A DNA stretch of 64,000 nt from Occultella glacieicola. GTDB taxonomy: Bacteria > Actinomycetota > Actinomycetes > Actinomycetales > Beutenbergiaceae. The notes beneath the pieces were generated by a model. It did not search any database and was not told the origin of the DNA. It was given only the letters and a program-made list of their open reading frames with translations. The stretch is from positions 62,001 to 126,000 of the forward strand of contig NZ_SMNA01000003.1 in the NCBI RefSeq assembly GCF_004353825.1. Reading direction: 5' to 3'. The translations under genes were made by a program, and so were the position numbers. Of the stretch, positions 17,498 to 25,632 are shown piece after piece (positions within the stretch are counted from its first letter, which is position 1; each line of letters starts with the position of its first letter).

Positions 17498-18271
17498 TCA
17501 GCCCAGGGCCAACCTGACCGACGCCAGTGCGTCGAGGCCCCCGATCACCGCGATGCCGTCGGCGGCCGCGGCGGCCGGGTCCTCGTCATGAGGCGCGCCG
17601 CGGCGCCGGCCGGGTCGGTCGAGCCACACGCCGTGCAGGCCGGCGTGCTGGGCTCCGCGGGCGTCGGTGTCGAGTTCGTCGCCGACGTAGATGGTCTCCT
17701 CGGGTGCGGTGCCGAGCAGCCGGCAGGCCTCGAGGAAGACCCGTCGGTCCGGCTTGCCGACCCCGAAATTGTCCAGCGAGACCAGCAGCGGCGCGAGGTC
17801 GTCGAGCCCGGTGGCCACGAGCTTGACCCGCTGCATGGCGGCCAGTGCGTTCGTCAGGCTGCCGGTGCGCAGCCCGGCCTCGCGGGCCGCGGTAACGGCG
17901 GGGACAGCGTCGTCGAACGCGGTCCAGGCGCGTTCGAACGCCGCGTCGTAGCGCTCGTTCCAGCGCAGGAACGTCGCGTCGTCGAGCACCGACCCGTCGT
18001 AGACCTCGTGCAACTGGTCCACGCGGGCGCGCCGCTGATCGAGGTGGCCGATCTCACCGCGGGTGAAGGCCCGGTAGTAGCGGCCGGTGTCGGCGCGCCA
18101 GGTCGCGAGCAGTCGGGGGTAGTCGGCCGCGGGCACGCCGGGCAGGAACTCGGCCGCGACCTCCGCGAGCGCCGCGGCGAACGCGGAGCGGGTGTCCACG
18201 AGGGTGTCGTCGATGTCGAACAGGACACCACGGACCACGCGCCTCGAGACGTCAGCTCCGCCGTCGGGCAT
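17498..18271 (-). CDS. HAD-superfamily hydrolase
   Basis: FDIDDTL, LTN, GKPD, YVGDELDTD; start overlaps the gltX stop. Confidence 0.92.
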   Translation of the reverse strand: MPDGGADVSRRVVRGVLFDIDDTLVDTRSAFAAALAEVAAEFLPGVPAADYPRLLATWRADTGRYYRAFTRGEIGHLDQRRARVDQLHEVYDGSVLDDATFLRWNERYDAAFERAWTAFDDAVPAVTAAREAGLRTGSLTNALAAMQRVKLVATGLDDLAPLLVSLDNFGVGKPDRRVFLEACRLLGTAPEETIYVGDELDTDARGAQHAGLHGVWLDRPGRRRGAPHDEDPAAAAADGIAVIGGLDALASVRLALG

Positions 18272-19776
18272 CAGAGCGTGGCGCGCAGCGCCCGCAACCG
18301 CGCGAGCGAGGCGTCCCGGCCGAGGATCTCCATGGACTCGAACAGCGGCGGGGACACCCGGCGCCCGGTGACGGCCACGCGCAGCGGGGCGAACGCGAAC
18401 CGGGCCTTGATGCCCATGCCCTCCACGAGCGCCGCCTTGAGCGCCTCCTGCTGGGACTCCGGGGAGAAATCGGCGAGATTCGTCAGGACCTCGATGGCGG
18501 CGTCCAGGACCGCGGGGGCCTCGTCCCGCAGGGCGCCGCGCGCGTCGTCCTCGACCACGACCGCCTCGTCGGCCGTGAACAGGAAACCGAGCATCCCGGG
18601 TGCCTCACCGAGCAGGGTCATCCGCTCCTGGACCAGCGGGGCGGCAGCGTCGAGCAGGTCGCGGTGCTCGGGTGCCAGGTCCGCGTACGACCCCGCGGGC
18701 ACCAGGCCGGCGGCGTGCAGGTGCGGCACCAGCCGGTCCCGGAAGTCCTCCGGTGCGAGCAGGCGCAGGTGGGCGGCGTTGATCGCCTCGGCCTTCTTCA
18801 GGTCGAACCGGGCCGGGTTCGGGTTGACGTCGGCGATGTCGAACGCGGCGACCATCTCCTCGCGGGAGAAGATGTCGTTGTCGGGCGAGATCCCCCAGCC
18901 GAGCAGGGCGAGGTAGTTCAGCAGACCCTCCGGGGTGAACCCCCGCTCCCGGTGCAGGAACAGGTTCGACTCGGGGTCACGCTTGGAGAGCTTCTTGTTG
19001 CCCTCCCCCATCACGTAGGGCAGGTGCCCGAACGCCGGCATCACGCCTGCCACCCCGATGTCCAGCAGCGCCCGGTAGAGCACCACCTGGCGAGGTGTGG
19101 AGGAGAGCAGGTCCTCGCCGCGGAGCACGTGGGTGATGCCCATCAGGGCGTCGTCGACGGGGTTGACGAGGGTGTACAGGGGCTGGCCGTTGCCGCGCAC
19201 GATCACGAAATCCGGCACCGAGCCGGCCTTGAACGTGACATCCCCGCGGACCAGGTCCGTGAACGTCACCTCGTCCTGCGGCATCCGGATCCGCAGCACG
19301 GGCTCGCGACCCTCGGCCTTGAACGCCGCGACCTGCTCCGGGGTGAGGTCGCGATCGAAGCCGTCGTAGCCGAGCTTGGGGTCCCGCCCGGCCGCACGGT
19401 GCCGGGCCTCGACCTCCTCCGGGGTGGAGAACGACTCGTACGCATGGCCCGCCTCCAGGAGGCGCCGAGCGACGTCGGCGTACAGGTCCATCCGCTGCGA
19501 CTGCCGGTACGGCTCGTGCGGGCCGCCGACCTCCACGCCCTCGTCCCAGTCCAGCCCGAGCCACCGCAGCGCATCCAGCAGCTGCAGGTACGACTCCTCG
19601 CTGTCCCGGGCCACATCGGTGTCCTCGATCCGGAACACGAACGTGCCGCCGGTGTGCCGGGCGTAGGCCCAGTTGAACAGCGCGGTTCGGATCAACCCGA
19701 CGTGCGGGGTACCGGTGGGCGAGGGGCAGAAGCGGACGCGGATGTCGGAACCCGTGGGCGTGGCAGCGGTAGTCAT
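18271..19776 (-). CDS. gltX: Glutamate--tRNA ligase
   Basis: [15 protein letters not shown] (HIGH), RIEDTD, RGEDL, KLSKR (KMSKS). Confidence 0.98.
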   Translation of the reverse strand: MTTAATPTGSDIRVRFCPSPTGTPHVGLIRTALFNWAYARHTGGTFVFRIEDTDVARDSEESYLQLLDALRWLGLDWDEGVEVGGPHEPYRQSQRMDLYADVARRLLEAGHAYESFSTPEEVEARHRAAGRDPKLGYDGFDRDLTPEQVAAFKAEGREPVLRIRMPQDEVTFTDLVRGDVTFKAGSVPDFVIVRGNGQPLYTLVNPVDDALMGITHVLRGEDLLSSTPRQVVLYRALLDIGVAGVMPAFGHLPYVMGEGNKKLSKRDPESNLFLHRERGFTPEGLLNYLALLGWGISPDNDIFSREEMVAAFDIADVNPNPARFDLKKAEAINAAHLRLLAPEDFRDRLVPHLHAAGLVPAGSYADLAPEHRDLLDAAAPLVQERMTLLGEAPGMLGFLFTADEAVVVEDDARGALRDEAPAVLDAAIEVLTNLADFSPESQQEALKAALVEGMGIKARFAFAPLRVAVTGRRVSPPLFESMEILGRDASLARLRALRATL

Positions 19777-19813
19777 GATGGCGCCCAGCCTAGCCGCGCG
19801 AACGGGCACGCCT

Positions 19814-19917
19814 TCGAGAGTGCTGTTCCGGCAGCCGACTCAGCACTCTGGGGCGATCGGCCAGGTCCGCCGTCCGTCGAGAGTGCTGTTCCGGCGGCCG
19901 ACTCAGCACTCTCGACG
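19814..19917. repeat. Two 36-bp palindromic REP-like repeats
   Basis: TCGAGAGTGCTGTTCCGGC(A/G)GCCGACTCAGCACTCT at 19814-19849 and 19877-19912. Each can fold via AGAGTGCTG/CAGCACTCT. Confidence 0.85.
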
Positions 19918-19940
19918 ACCGACCGGGCCCACTACCGCCA

Positions 19941-20288
19941 TCAGTTGTAGCGCTCGCCCGTTCCGGCGTCGAGCACGGCCCAGTCGGGCGCGCCGACGGC
20001 GGCCAGGGCGTCGAAGACCTCTCCGGTCGGTCCATTGACGAAGATCATCCGGACCTGACCGGCGTGGACGGTGAAACTGATGCTGTCGACGCCGTGCGGT
20101 ACGAGCACCCCGGTGCCCGCGTCGATGGACCCCTCGGCCCCGGTGGCCGCGAGCGCCTCGTTGAGCGTGCCCGCGAGGGCGTCCGGTTCCCCCATCGGCA
20201 GGTAGTGGCCGGCTTCCTCGTACAGCATCTCCGTGTACGGGTCCGCGATGCCCTCGGGGACCCGGTGGACCATGATCATGACGCCCAT
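19941..20288 (-). CDS. Hypothetical protein (115 aa)
   Basis: Normal composition, fills the gap between the FAH gene and gltX; TAACCT 7 nt before the ATG. Confidence 0.7.
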   Translation of the reverse strand: MGVMIMVHRVPEGIADPYTEMLYEEAGHYLPMGEPDALAGTLNEALAATGAEGSIDAGTGVLVPHGVDSISFTVHAGQVRMIFVNGPTGEVFDALAAVGAPDWAVLDAGTGERYN

Positions 20289-20308
20289 GGTGGCGAGGTT
20301 AGCGGGTC

Positions 20309-21073
20309 CTAGCGGCGCACCACCGGGTTGCCGAGCACCCCGATCCCCTCGATCTCCACCTCGACGCGCTGCCCCTCGCGGATCGGGCCGACCCCGGCCG
20401 GGGTGCCGGTGAGGATGACGTCACCCGGCAGCAACGTGAACAGGGTGGAGGCGTAGGCGATCAGGTCCGGCACCGAGTGGATCATCTGCGCCGTGGAGCC
20501 GTCCTGACGAACCTCGCCGTCGACCCTCGCCCGGATCCGCAGGTCGGACACGTCGAGGTCGGTGACCAGCACCGGCCCGAGCGGGCAGGAGGTGTCGAAC
20601 ATCTTGCCGCGGGTCCAGGTCTTGTCCGCCCGCTGGGCGTCCCGGGCCGTGATGTCGTTCGCAGCCGTGTAGCCGAGGATCACCTCGTTCGCGCGCTCGG
20701 CCGGCAGGTCCTTGCAGATCCGGGAGATCACCACGGCCAGCTCGGCCTCGTGGTGCACGTCCTGGGAGTAGGAGGGCAGCACGATCGGGTCGTCCGGGCC
20801 CACGACGGTGGTGTTCGGCTTGATGAACACGAGCGGCAGTTCGGGGATCTCGTTGCCGAGCTCGGCTGCGTGCTCGGCGTAGTTGCGACCGAACGCCACC
20901 ACCTTCGAGCGCGGGATCACCGGCGCGAGCAGCCGCGTCGTCTCGATCGGCACCCGCTGACCCGTCGGGGTGAGCGGGGTGTAGAGGGGGTCACCGGTGA
21001 GGACCACCAGCTCCGAGCCCTCCACCAGGGCGTAGTGCGGGTCGTCTCCGGTGGTGAAGCGCGCGATCTGCAT
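20309..21073 (-). CDS. Fumarylacetoacetate hydrolase-family protein
   Basis: GRNYAEH, FIKP, HHEAELAVVI, NDITARD, PGDVILTGTP. Confidence 0.95.
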   Translation of the reverse strand: MQIARFTTGDDPHYALVEGSELVVLTGDPLYTPLTPTGQRVPIETTRLLAPVIPRSKVVAFGRNYAEHAAELGNEIPELPLVFIKPNTTVVGPDDPIVLPSYSQDVHHEAELAVVISRICKDLPAERANEVILGYTAANDITARDAQRADKTWTRGKMFDTSCPLGPVLVTDLDVSDLRIRARVDGEVRQDGSTAQMIHSVPDLIAYASTLFTLLPGDVILTGTPAGVGPIREGQRVEVEIEGIGVLGNPVVRR

Positions 21074-21121
21074 AACGGCAAACCTAGTGCCGGGCCGGGG
21101 CCGCGGCGCACCAGGACCGGG

Positions 21122-21928
21122 TCAGACCCGGATCACCAGCTCCCCGTGCACCACCACGAACCAGCCGTCCTCCTCCTGGCCCCAGTCCCGCCAGGCCTGC
21201 GCCACCTCGGTGATGTCCGTCTCGGTCCCGATGCCGGCACCCAGGATCTGCCGGCCGAGCGAGGACTGCTCGAGCCGGTCGGCCCACAGGTTCGACCACC
21301 AGGTGCGCGCGTCGTCGTCGGCGTAGCACCAGGACCCGGTCGAGGCGGTGATGTCCTCGAAACCGGCCTCGCGCGCCCAGGCGAGCAGGCGCCGTCCGGC
21401 ATCGGCCTGGGCGTTGTTCTTCTCGGTGACCTGGTGGTAGAGCTCCTGCCACCGGTCCAGGCCCGCGCTGGCGGGGTACCAGGCCATCGCCGCGTAGTCC
21501 GCGTCCCGGACGGCGATCAGTCCGCCGTGGCGGGTGACCCGTGCCATCTCCTTGAGTGCCGCGATCGGGTCGCTGAGGTGCTGCAGCACCTGGTGGGCGT
21601 GCACCACGTCGAACGCGCCGCGCGCATACGGCAGGTTGTAGACGTCGGCCTGCTCGAAGAGGACGTTGTCGACATCGCTGGCCTCGGCGAGTTCGGACGC
21701 CTTCATGAGGACGTCGGTGGCCCGGTCGACCCCGAGCACCCGGCCGGGGCGGACGTGCCTGGCCAGGCCGACCGTGATGGTCCCGGGACCGCAGCCGACG
21801 TCGAGCACGTCGTTGCCCTCCTCGAGGTACGGGAGGAGGTAGCCGGCCGAGTTCTCCGCCGTGCGCCACCGGTGTGACCGCAGCACGCTCTCGTGATGCC
21901 CGTGGGTGTAGGTGTCGGCGCGCTCCAT
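21122..21928 (-). CDS. Class I SAM-dependent methyltransferase
   Basis: VLDVGCGPG, FDVVHAHQVLQH. Confidence 0.93.
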   Translation of the reverse strand: MERADTYTHGHHESVLRSHRWRTAENSAGYLLPYLEEGNDVLDVGCGPGTITVGLARHVRPGRVLGVDRATDVLMKASELAEASDVDNVLFEQADVYNLPYARGAFDVVHAHQVLQHLSDPIAALKEMARVTRHGGLIAVRDADYAAMAWYPASAGLDRWQELYHQVTEKNNAQADAGRRLLAWAREAGFEDITASTGSWCYADDDARTWWSNLWADRLEQSSLGRQILGAGIGTETDITEVAQAWRDWGQEEDGWFVVVHGELVIRV

Positions 21929-21999
21929 GGACCGAGTTTAGGGGCGAACTGCCCGTCCGGCCCGGTAAGTGGGCAGGGCACGTTCGTTAGCCTGAGCGG

Positions 22000-23445
22000 G
22001 TGAAGCGCATCGTAGGAGTCGATACCGCTCGGGGCCTGGCGGTGCTCGGCATGTTCGTGGCGCACCTGGGCCTGGAGCGTGACGCCGAGATCCTCTCGCC
22101 GACCGGCTGGTTCTTCGTCGCGGACGGCCGTCCGTCGGCGCTGTTCGCGCTCCTCGCGGGGATCGGGCTGGCCTTCATGACCCGCCGTGCCTATCCCGAC
22201 GACCTGCACGGCCTGCGGGTGCAGCGCACCCGCATCATCAAGCGCTCGGCGATCCTGTTCGTGTTCGGGTGGCTGCTCTGGTTCCTGGGTACCCCGGTCG
22301 CGGTCATCCTCGACTCCTACGCGTTCCTGTTCGTCCTCGCCCTGCCGTTCCTACGACTACGCCCGACGGCGGTGCTCGCCTGGGCGCTCGGCGCCGTGCT
22401 GGTCATGCCGCAGGTCGTGCTGCTGACCCGGTGGGCGGTGTTCGACAGCCCGGAACCCACGCTCAGCCTCCCGCCGTTCTTCGAGTTGCTCACCGGCTAC
22501 TACCCGGCGCTGAGCTGGACGGCCTACCTGCTGGTCGGCCTTGCGGTCGGCCGGCTGCCGATGCAGAAGGTCCGGGTCCAGGTCGGGCTGCTCGGCGCCG
22601 GTATCGCGATCGCCGCGCTCTTCTACGGCGCGGGGTACCTGCTGTGGTCGGGCCTGCCCGACCAGTTCGGGGTGGCGGCGAGTCTGACCAGCGTCGAACC
22701 GCACTCGGGCAGCACGTTCGAGATGGGCGGGAACATCGGTGTGGGGCTGGCCGTGCTGGGGCTGTGCCTGCTGCTGACCACCCACGTCACGGCGCTGCGG
22801 GTGGTCCTCACCCCGATCTCGGCGACCGGTGCGATGTCCCTGACCGTCTACAGCCTGCACATCGTCTACATCCGCATCCTCGGCAACGAGGCGGTCTGGA
22901 ACGCTCAGTCGAACTGGCCGCTGATCTGGCTGATCATCGGCACCTTCGTGTTCGCCACCCTCTGGCAACTGACCCTCGGGCAGGGTCCGCTGGAACGCCT
23001 GATCCACCGGATGATCCGCCCGCCACAGCCGACGGCACCGCACCAGTGGCCGCCGACGGGACCCGGCGGACCTGCCTGGCAGGGCGCCCCGCCCGGCCCG
23101 GGTGGACCGGCCGACTCGGGTGGACCGGCCGGCTCGGTGGGACCGGCCGGCTCGGGACAGCCCGGGTACGCCCCGGTCCCGGCGGGCGGCCCGCTCCCGC
23201 CACCACCGCCCGGACCGTACGGACCGGGCGCGAACTACGGTGCGCCCCACCCTCCCGTGCAGCCGTACGGCCAACCTGCCCCACCACGGTTCGTGCAGCC
23301 GGGCCATCAGCGGTACGGCCAACCGGGACCTGCCGGGCAAACCGGACCTGCCGGACCCGCCGAGCCGCCGGCCCCCTTCGACCGACGGCTTCCACCCGAA
23401 CAGCCCGCGGTGCCGCCCTACCCGGCCGCTCCCCCACCCCGATGA
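22000..23445 (+). CDS. DUF418/HGSNAT-domain membrane protein with Pro/Gly-rich tail
   Basis: RIVGVDTARGLAVLGM, GRPSALF, GAMSLTVY, GPLE; the last ~140 aa are low complexity. Confidence 0.85.
   Translation: MKRIVGVDTARGLAVLGMFVAHLGLERDAEILSPTGWFFVADGRPSALFALLAGIGLAFMTRRAYPDDLHGLRVQRTRIIKRSAILFVFGWLLWFLGTPVAVILDSYAFLFVLALPFLRLRPTAVLAWALGAVLVMPQVVLLTRWAVFDSPEPTLSLPPFFELLTGYYPALSWTAYLLVGLAVGRLPMQKVRVQVGLLGAGIAIAALFYGAGYLLWSGLPDQFGVAASLTSVEPHSGSTFEMGGNIGVGLAVLGLCLLLTTHVTALRVVLTPISATGAMSLTVYSLHIVYIRILGNEAVWNAQSNWPLIWLIIGTFVFATLWQLTLGQGPLERLIHRMIRPPQPTAPHQWPPTGPGGPAWQGAPPGPGGPADSGGPAGSVGPAGSGQPGYAPVPAGGPLPPPPPGPYGPGANYGAPHPPVQPYGQPAPPRFVQPGHQRYGQPGPAGQTGPAGPAEPPAPFDRRLPPEQPAVPPYPAAPPPR
23101..23154 (+). 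repeat. Three 18-bp coding tandem repeats
   Basis: ggtggaccggccgactcg / ggtggaccggccggctcg / gtgggaccggccggctcg, encoding GGPADS GGPAGS VGPAGS. Confidence 0.8.
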
Positions 23446-24347
23446 GCGCAACCAGCCCGACCAGGTCGGCACCGGACACGACGGTCCTGGCGCCGCTGCA
23501 GTGGCGGGCGCTCGAGGCGAGCCATGCGGAACGTGCGGACGCCCACACGGCCGGACACCGCCGTCGGCGGTCCCGTCACGAGGCGCACCCGGTGCACGAC
23601 TTCCTGTTCACGTACTACCCGACCAAACCGGCCCAGTTGCGACGCTGGCACCCTGGGGCCGGAGTGACGCTCCTGGACGCGCCGGACCGGGCGAGCGCCC
23701 GCTGGTACACCCGCGGGCGTGTCCCCGGGTCGGCCACGGTGGACGTGGGCGGCTACCTGGAGCAACGGCGCGACACGGTGGTGTACGTGCATGACCTGCT
23801 CGGCGCGACCCGGTCCCGGCCCGGTCAGTACGGGTGCTTCGGGCTGCACGAATGGGCCATGGTCTACCGCCAGGATCGGGCGCAGGTGCGCCACCGCGGC
23901 GCCCCGCTCCGCCTGGGCGGCGAGGGCACCGACGCCGTGGTCGAGTCACACCAGTTGCGGTGCACCCACTTCGACGCGTACCGGTTCTTCACGCCCGGGG
24001 CCGTCGACCGCAACGCCCAGCCGCTGAGCCGCGCCGAGCAGCCGGCGAGCGAGCAGCCGGGCTGCCTGCACGCGGGGATGGACTGCTACAAGTGGGCCAC
24101 GAAACTCGGCCCCGTGGTGCCCGGCGACCTGCTCCTGGACACGTTCGAGCTGGCCTGGGACATCCGCGAGCTGGACATGCGTGCCTCGCCGTACGACCTG
24201 ACCGACTGGGGCTACGACCCGGTTCCGATCGAGACGTCCGCGGGCAAGGCGACCTACGTGGCGGCACAACGGGCGTTCGCGCAGCGGTCGGACGCGCTGC
24301 GGGTGCGCCTGCTCGAGGTGACGGGGGCCGTCCTGCACGGCGCGTGA
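23442..24347 (+). CDS. Conserved actinobacterial Cys/His-motif protein (often labelled 3-methyladenine DNA glycosylase)
   Basis: HPVHDFLFTYY, CFGLHEWAMVY, CTHFDAYRFF, EQPGCLHAGMD, LDMRASPYDL; ATGA overlap with the upstream gene. Confidence 0.8.
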   Translation: MSATSPTRSAPDTTVLAPLQWRALEASHAERADAHTAGHRRRRSRHEAHPVHDFLFTYYPTKPAQLRRWHPGAGVTLLDAPDRASARWYTRGRVPGSATVDVGGYLEQRRDTVVYVHDLLGATRSRPGQYGCFGLHEWAMVYRQDRAQVRHRGAPLRLGGEGTDAVVESHQLRCTHFDAYRFFTPGAVDRNAQPLSRAEQPASEQPGCLHAGMDCYKWATKLGPVVPGDLLLDTFELAWDIRELDMRASPYDLTDWGYDPVPIETSAGKATYVAAQRAFAQRSDALRVRLLEVTGAVLHGA

Positions 24348-24403
24348 TCCACGCGCCGCTGGCGCTCCCCTGACCCGAAACGTCGATCGAACCCACCTCG
24401 CCG

Positions 24404-24949
24404 TCAGGCGCCGTAGCGCTCCCAGCTGACGACCTCGGAGATCGGCTTGCGGCCGGACAGGCTCGGCGCGGCCTGAGCCTGCGTGGCGTCCGTGTAGCCG
24501 AGCCCGATCGCGGACCAGGGCTCGAGGTCGGCCGGGATGCCGAGCAGGTCGCGGACCTGCTGCCGGTTCTCCGGGGTGCTGAACCAGGCAGTGCCGCTGC
24601 CGATCCCGAGGGCCTGGGCCGCCAGCATGACCCGCTCGGAGAGCCGGCCGTCGTCATAGGCGACCGACCGGCCCTCGCCCCTGACCGCGATCACGATCGA
24701 GGCGGTGACGCCCTCGAGGAAGCCGGCGAACGCGCCGGCCGCGGCGAGCCGGGCGTTGACGTCCGGATCGGTCACGACGACCAGGTGCCAGGGCTGGGTG
24801 TTCTTGGCGCTGCCGGTCCAGCGGGCGACCTCGAGCAGTTGTTCGAGGTCACCGCGGCCGATCGGGTCCGGGAGGAACTGGCGGGACTGACGCAGGCTGC
24901 GCAGCGAGGTGAGGACGGCTTCGGACTGGGAGTTCTCGTGGGTGCTCAC
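24404..24949 (-). CDS. Nitroreductase-family protein
   Basis: RQSRQF, SAKNTQPWHLVVV, LAAQALGIGS. Confidence 0.88.
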   Translation of the reverse strand: MSTHENSQSEAVLTSLRSLRQSRQFLPDPIGRGDLEQLLEVARWTGSAKNTQPWHLVVVTDPDVNARLAAAGAFAGFLEGVTASIVIAVRGEGRSVAYDDGRLSERVMLAAQALGIGSGTAWFSTPENRQQVRDLLGIPADLEPWSAIGLGYTDATQAQAAPSLSGRKPISEVVSWERYGA

Positions 24950-25008
24950 GACCCCATCCTGGGCCAGGCCGGGCGCCGCTGTCAGGGGCGGCGCCTACGA
25001 TCTCGCCC

Positions 25009-25569
25009 ATGGAGACGTTCCGCTGCTTCGGGACCGGCGATGCCCTCTACGAGGCGTACCACGACAACGAGTGGGGAGTGCCGCCGTCGAACAGTCCGGA
25101 CGAGCACGAACTGTTCGAACGGGTGAGCCTGGAGGCGTTCCAGTCCGGGCTGGCCTGGATCACGATCCTGCGCAAGCGGGAGGGCTTCCGGGCGGCGTTC
25201 GCGGGTTTCGACCCGGCCGCGGTCGCGGCGTTCGACGAGGGCGACGTCGCCCGCCTCATGGCGGACGTGGGCATCGTGCGGAACCGGGCGAAGATCGCCT
25301 CGACGATCGCGAACGCCCGCGCCCTGCTGGATCTGCACGAGCGCGGTCACACGCTGGCGGACGTGTTCGAGGCGCACCGCCCGCCCACCCGCGCACGGCG
25401 GGTGTCGCGGTTCGACCAGGTGCCGGCGAGTACCCCGGAATCGACCGCGCTGGCGAAGGACCTCAAGAAGCGCGGCTTCCGGTTCGTCGGGCCCACCACC
25501 GCCTACGCAGCGATGCAGGCGCTCGGGTACGTCGACGACCACCTGGAGGGCTGCCTCAGCGCGGCGTGA
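25009..25569 (+). CDS. tag: DNA-3-methyladenine glycosylase I
   Basis: YHDNEWG, LEAFQSGLAW, IVRNRAKI, GFRFVGPTT, HLEGC Zn motif. Confidence 0.95.
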   Translation: METFRCFGTGDALYEAYHDNEWGVPPSNSPDEHELFERVSLEAFQSGLAWITILRKREGFRAAFAGFDPAAVAAFDEGDVARLMADVGIVRNRAKIASTIANARALLDLHERGHTLADVFEAHRPPTRARRVSRFDQVPASTPESTALAKDLKKRGFRFVGPTTAYAAMQALGYVDDHLEGCLSAA

Positions 25570-25632
25570 AGGCCGCTCGGCGTGGGTTCACCGCCCGTTC
25601 ACCCGGGGCGGAGATAATCGCGCCATGCCCAG

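Noticed and set aside
19818..19911. CIRCE (HrcA) element suggested by GAGTGCT/AGCACTC
   Set aside because: Half-sites are in reversed order within each repeat, the correctly ordered pair is 32 nt apart rather than 9, and no chaperone gene is adjacent.
19814..19912. Mini-CRISPR array (36-bp repeats, 27-nt spacer)
   Set aside because: Only two repeats, no cas genes in the window, no AT-rich leader, and no typical GAAA(C/G) repeat end. REP-like is the simpler reading.
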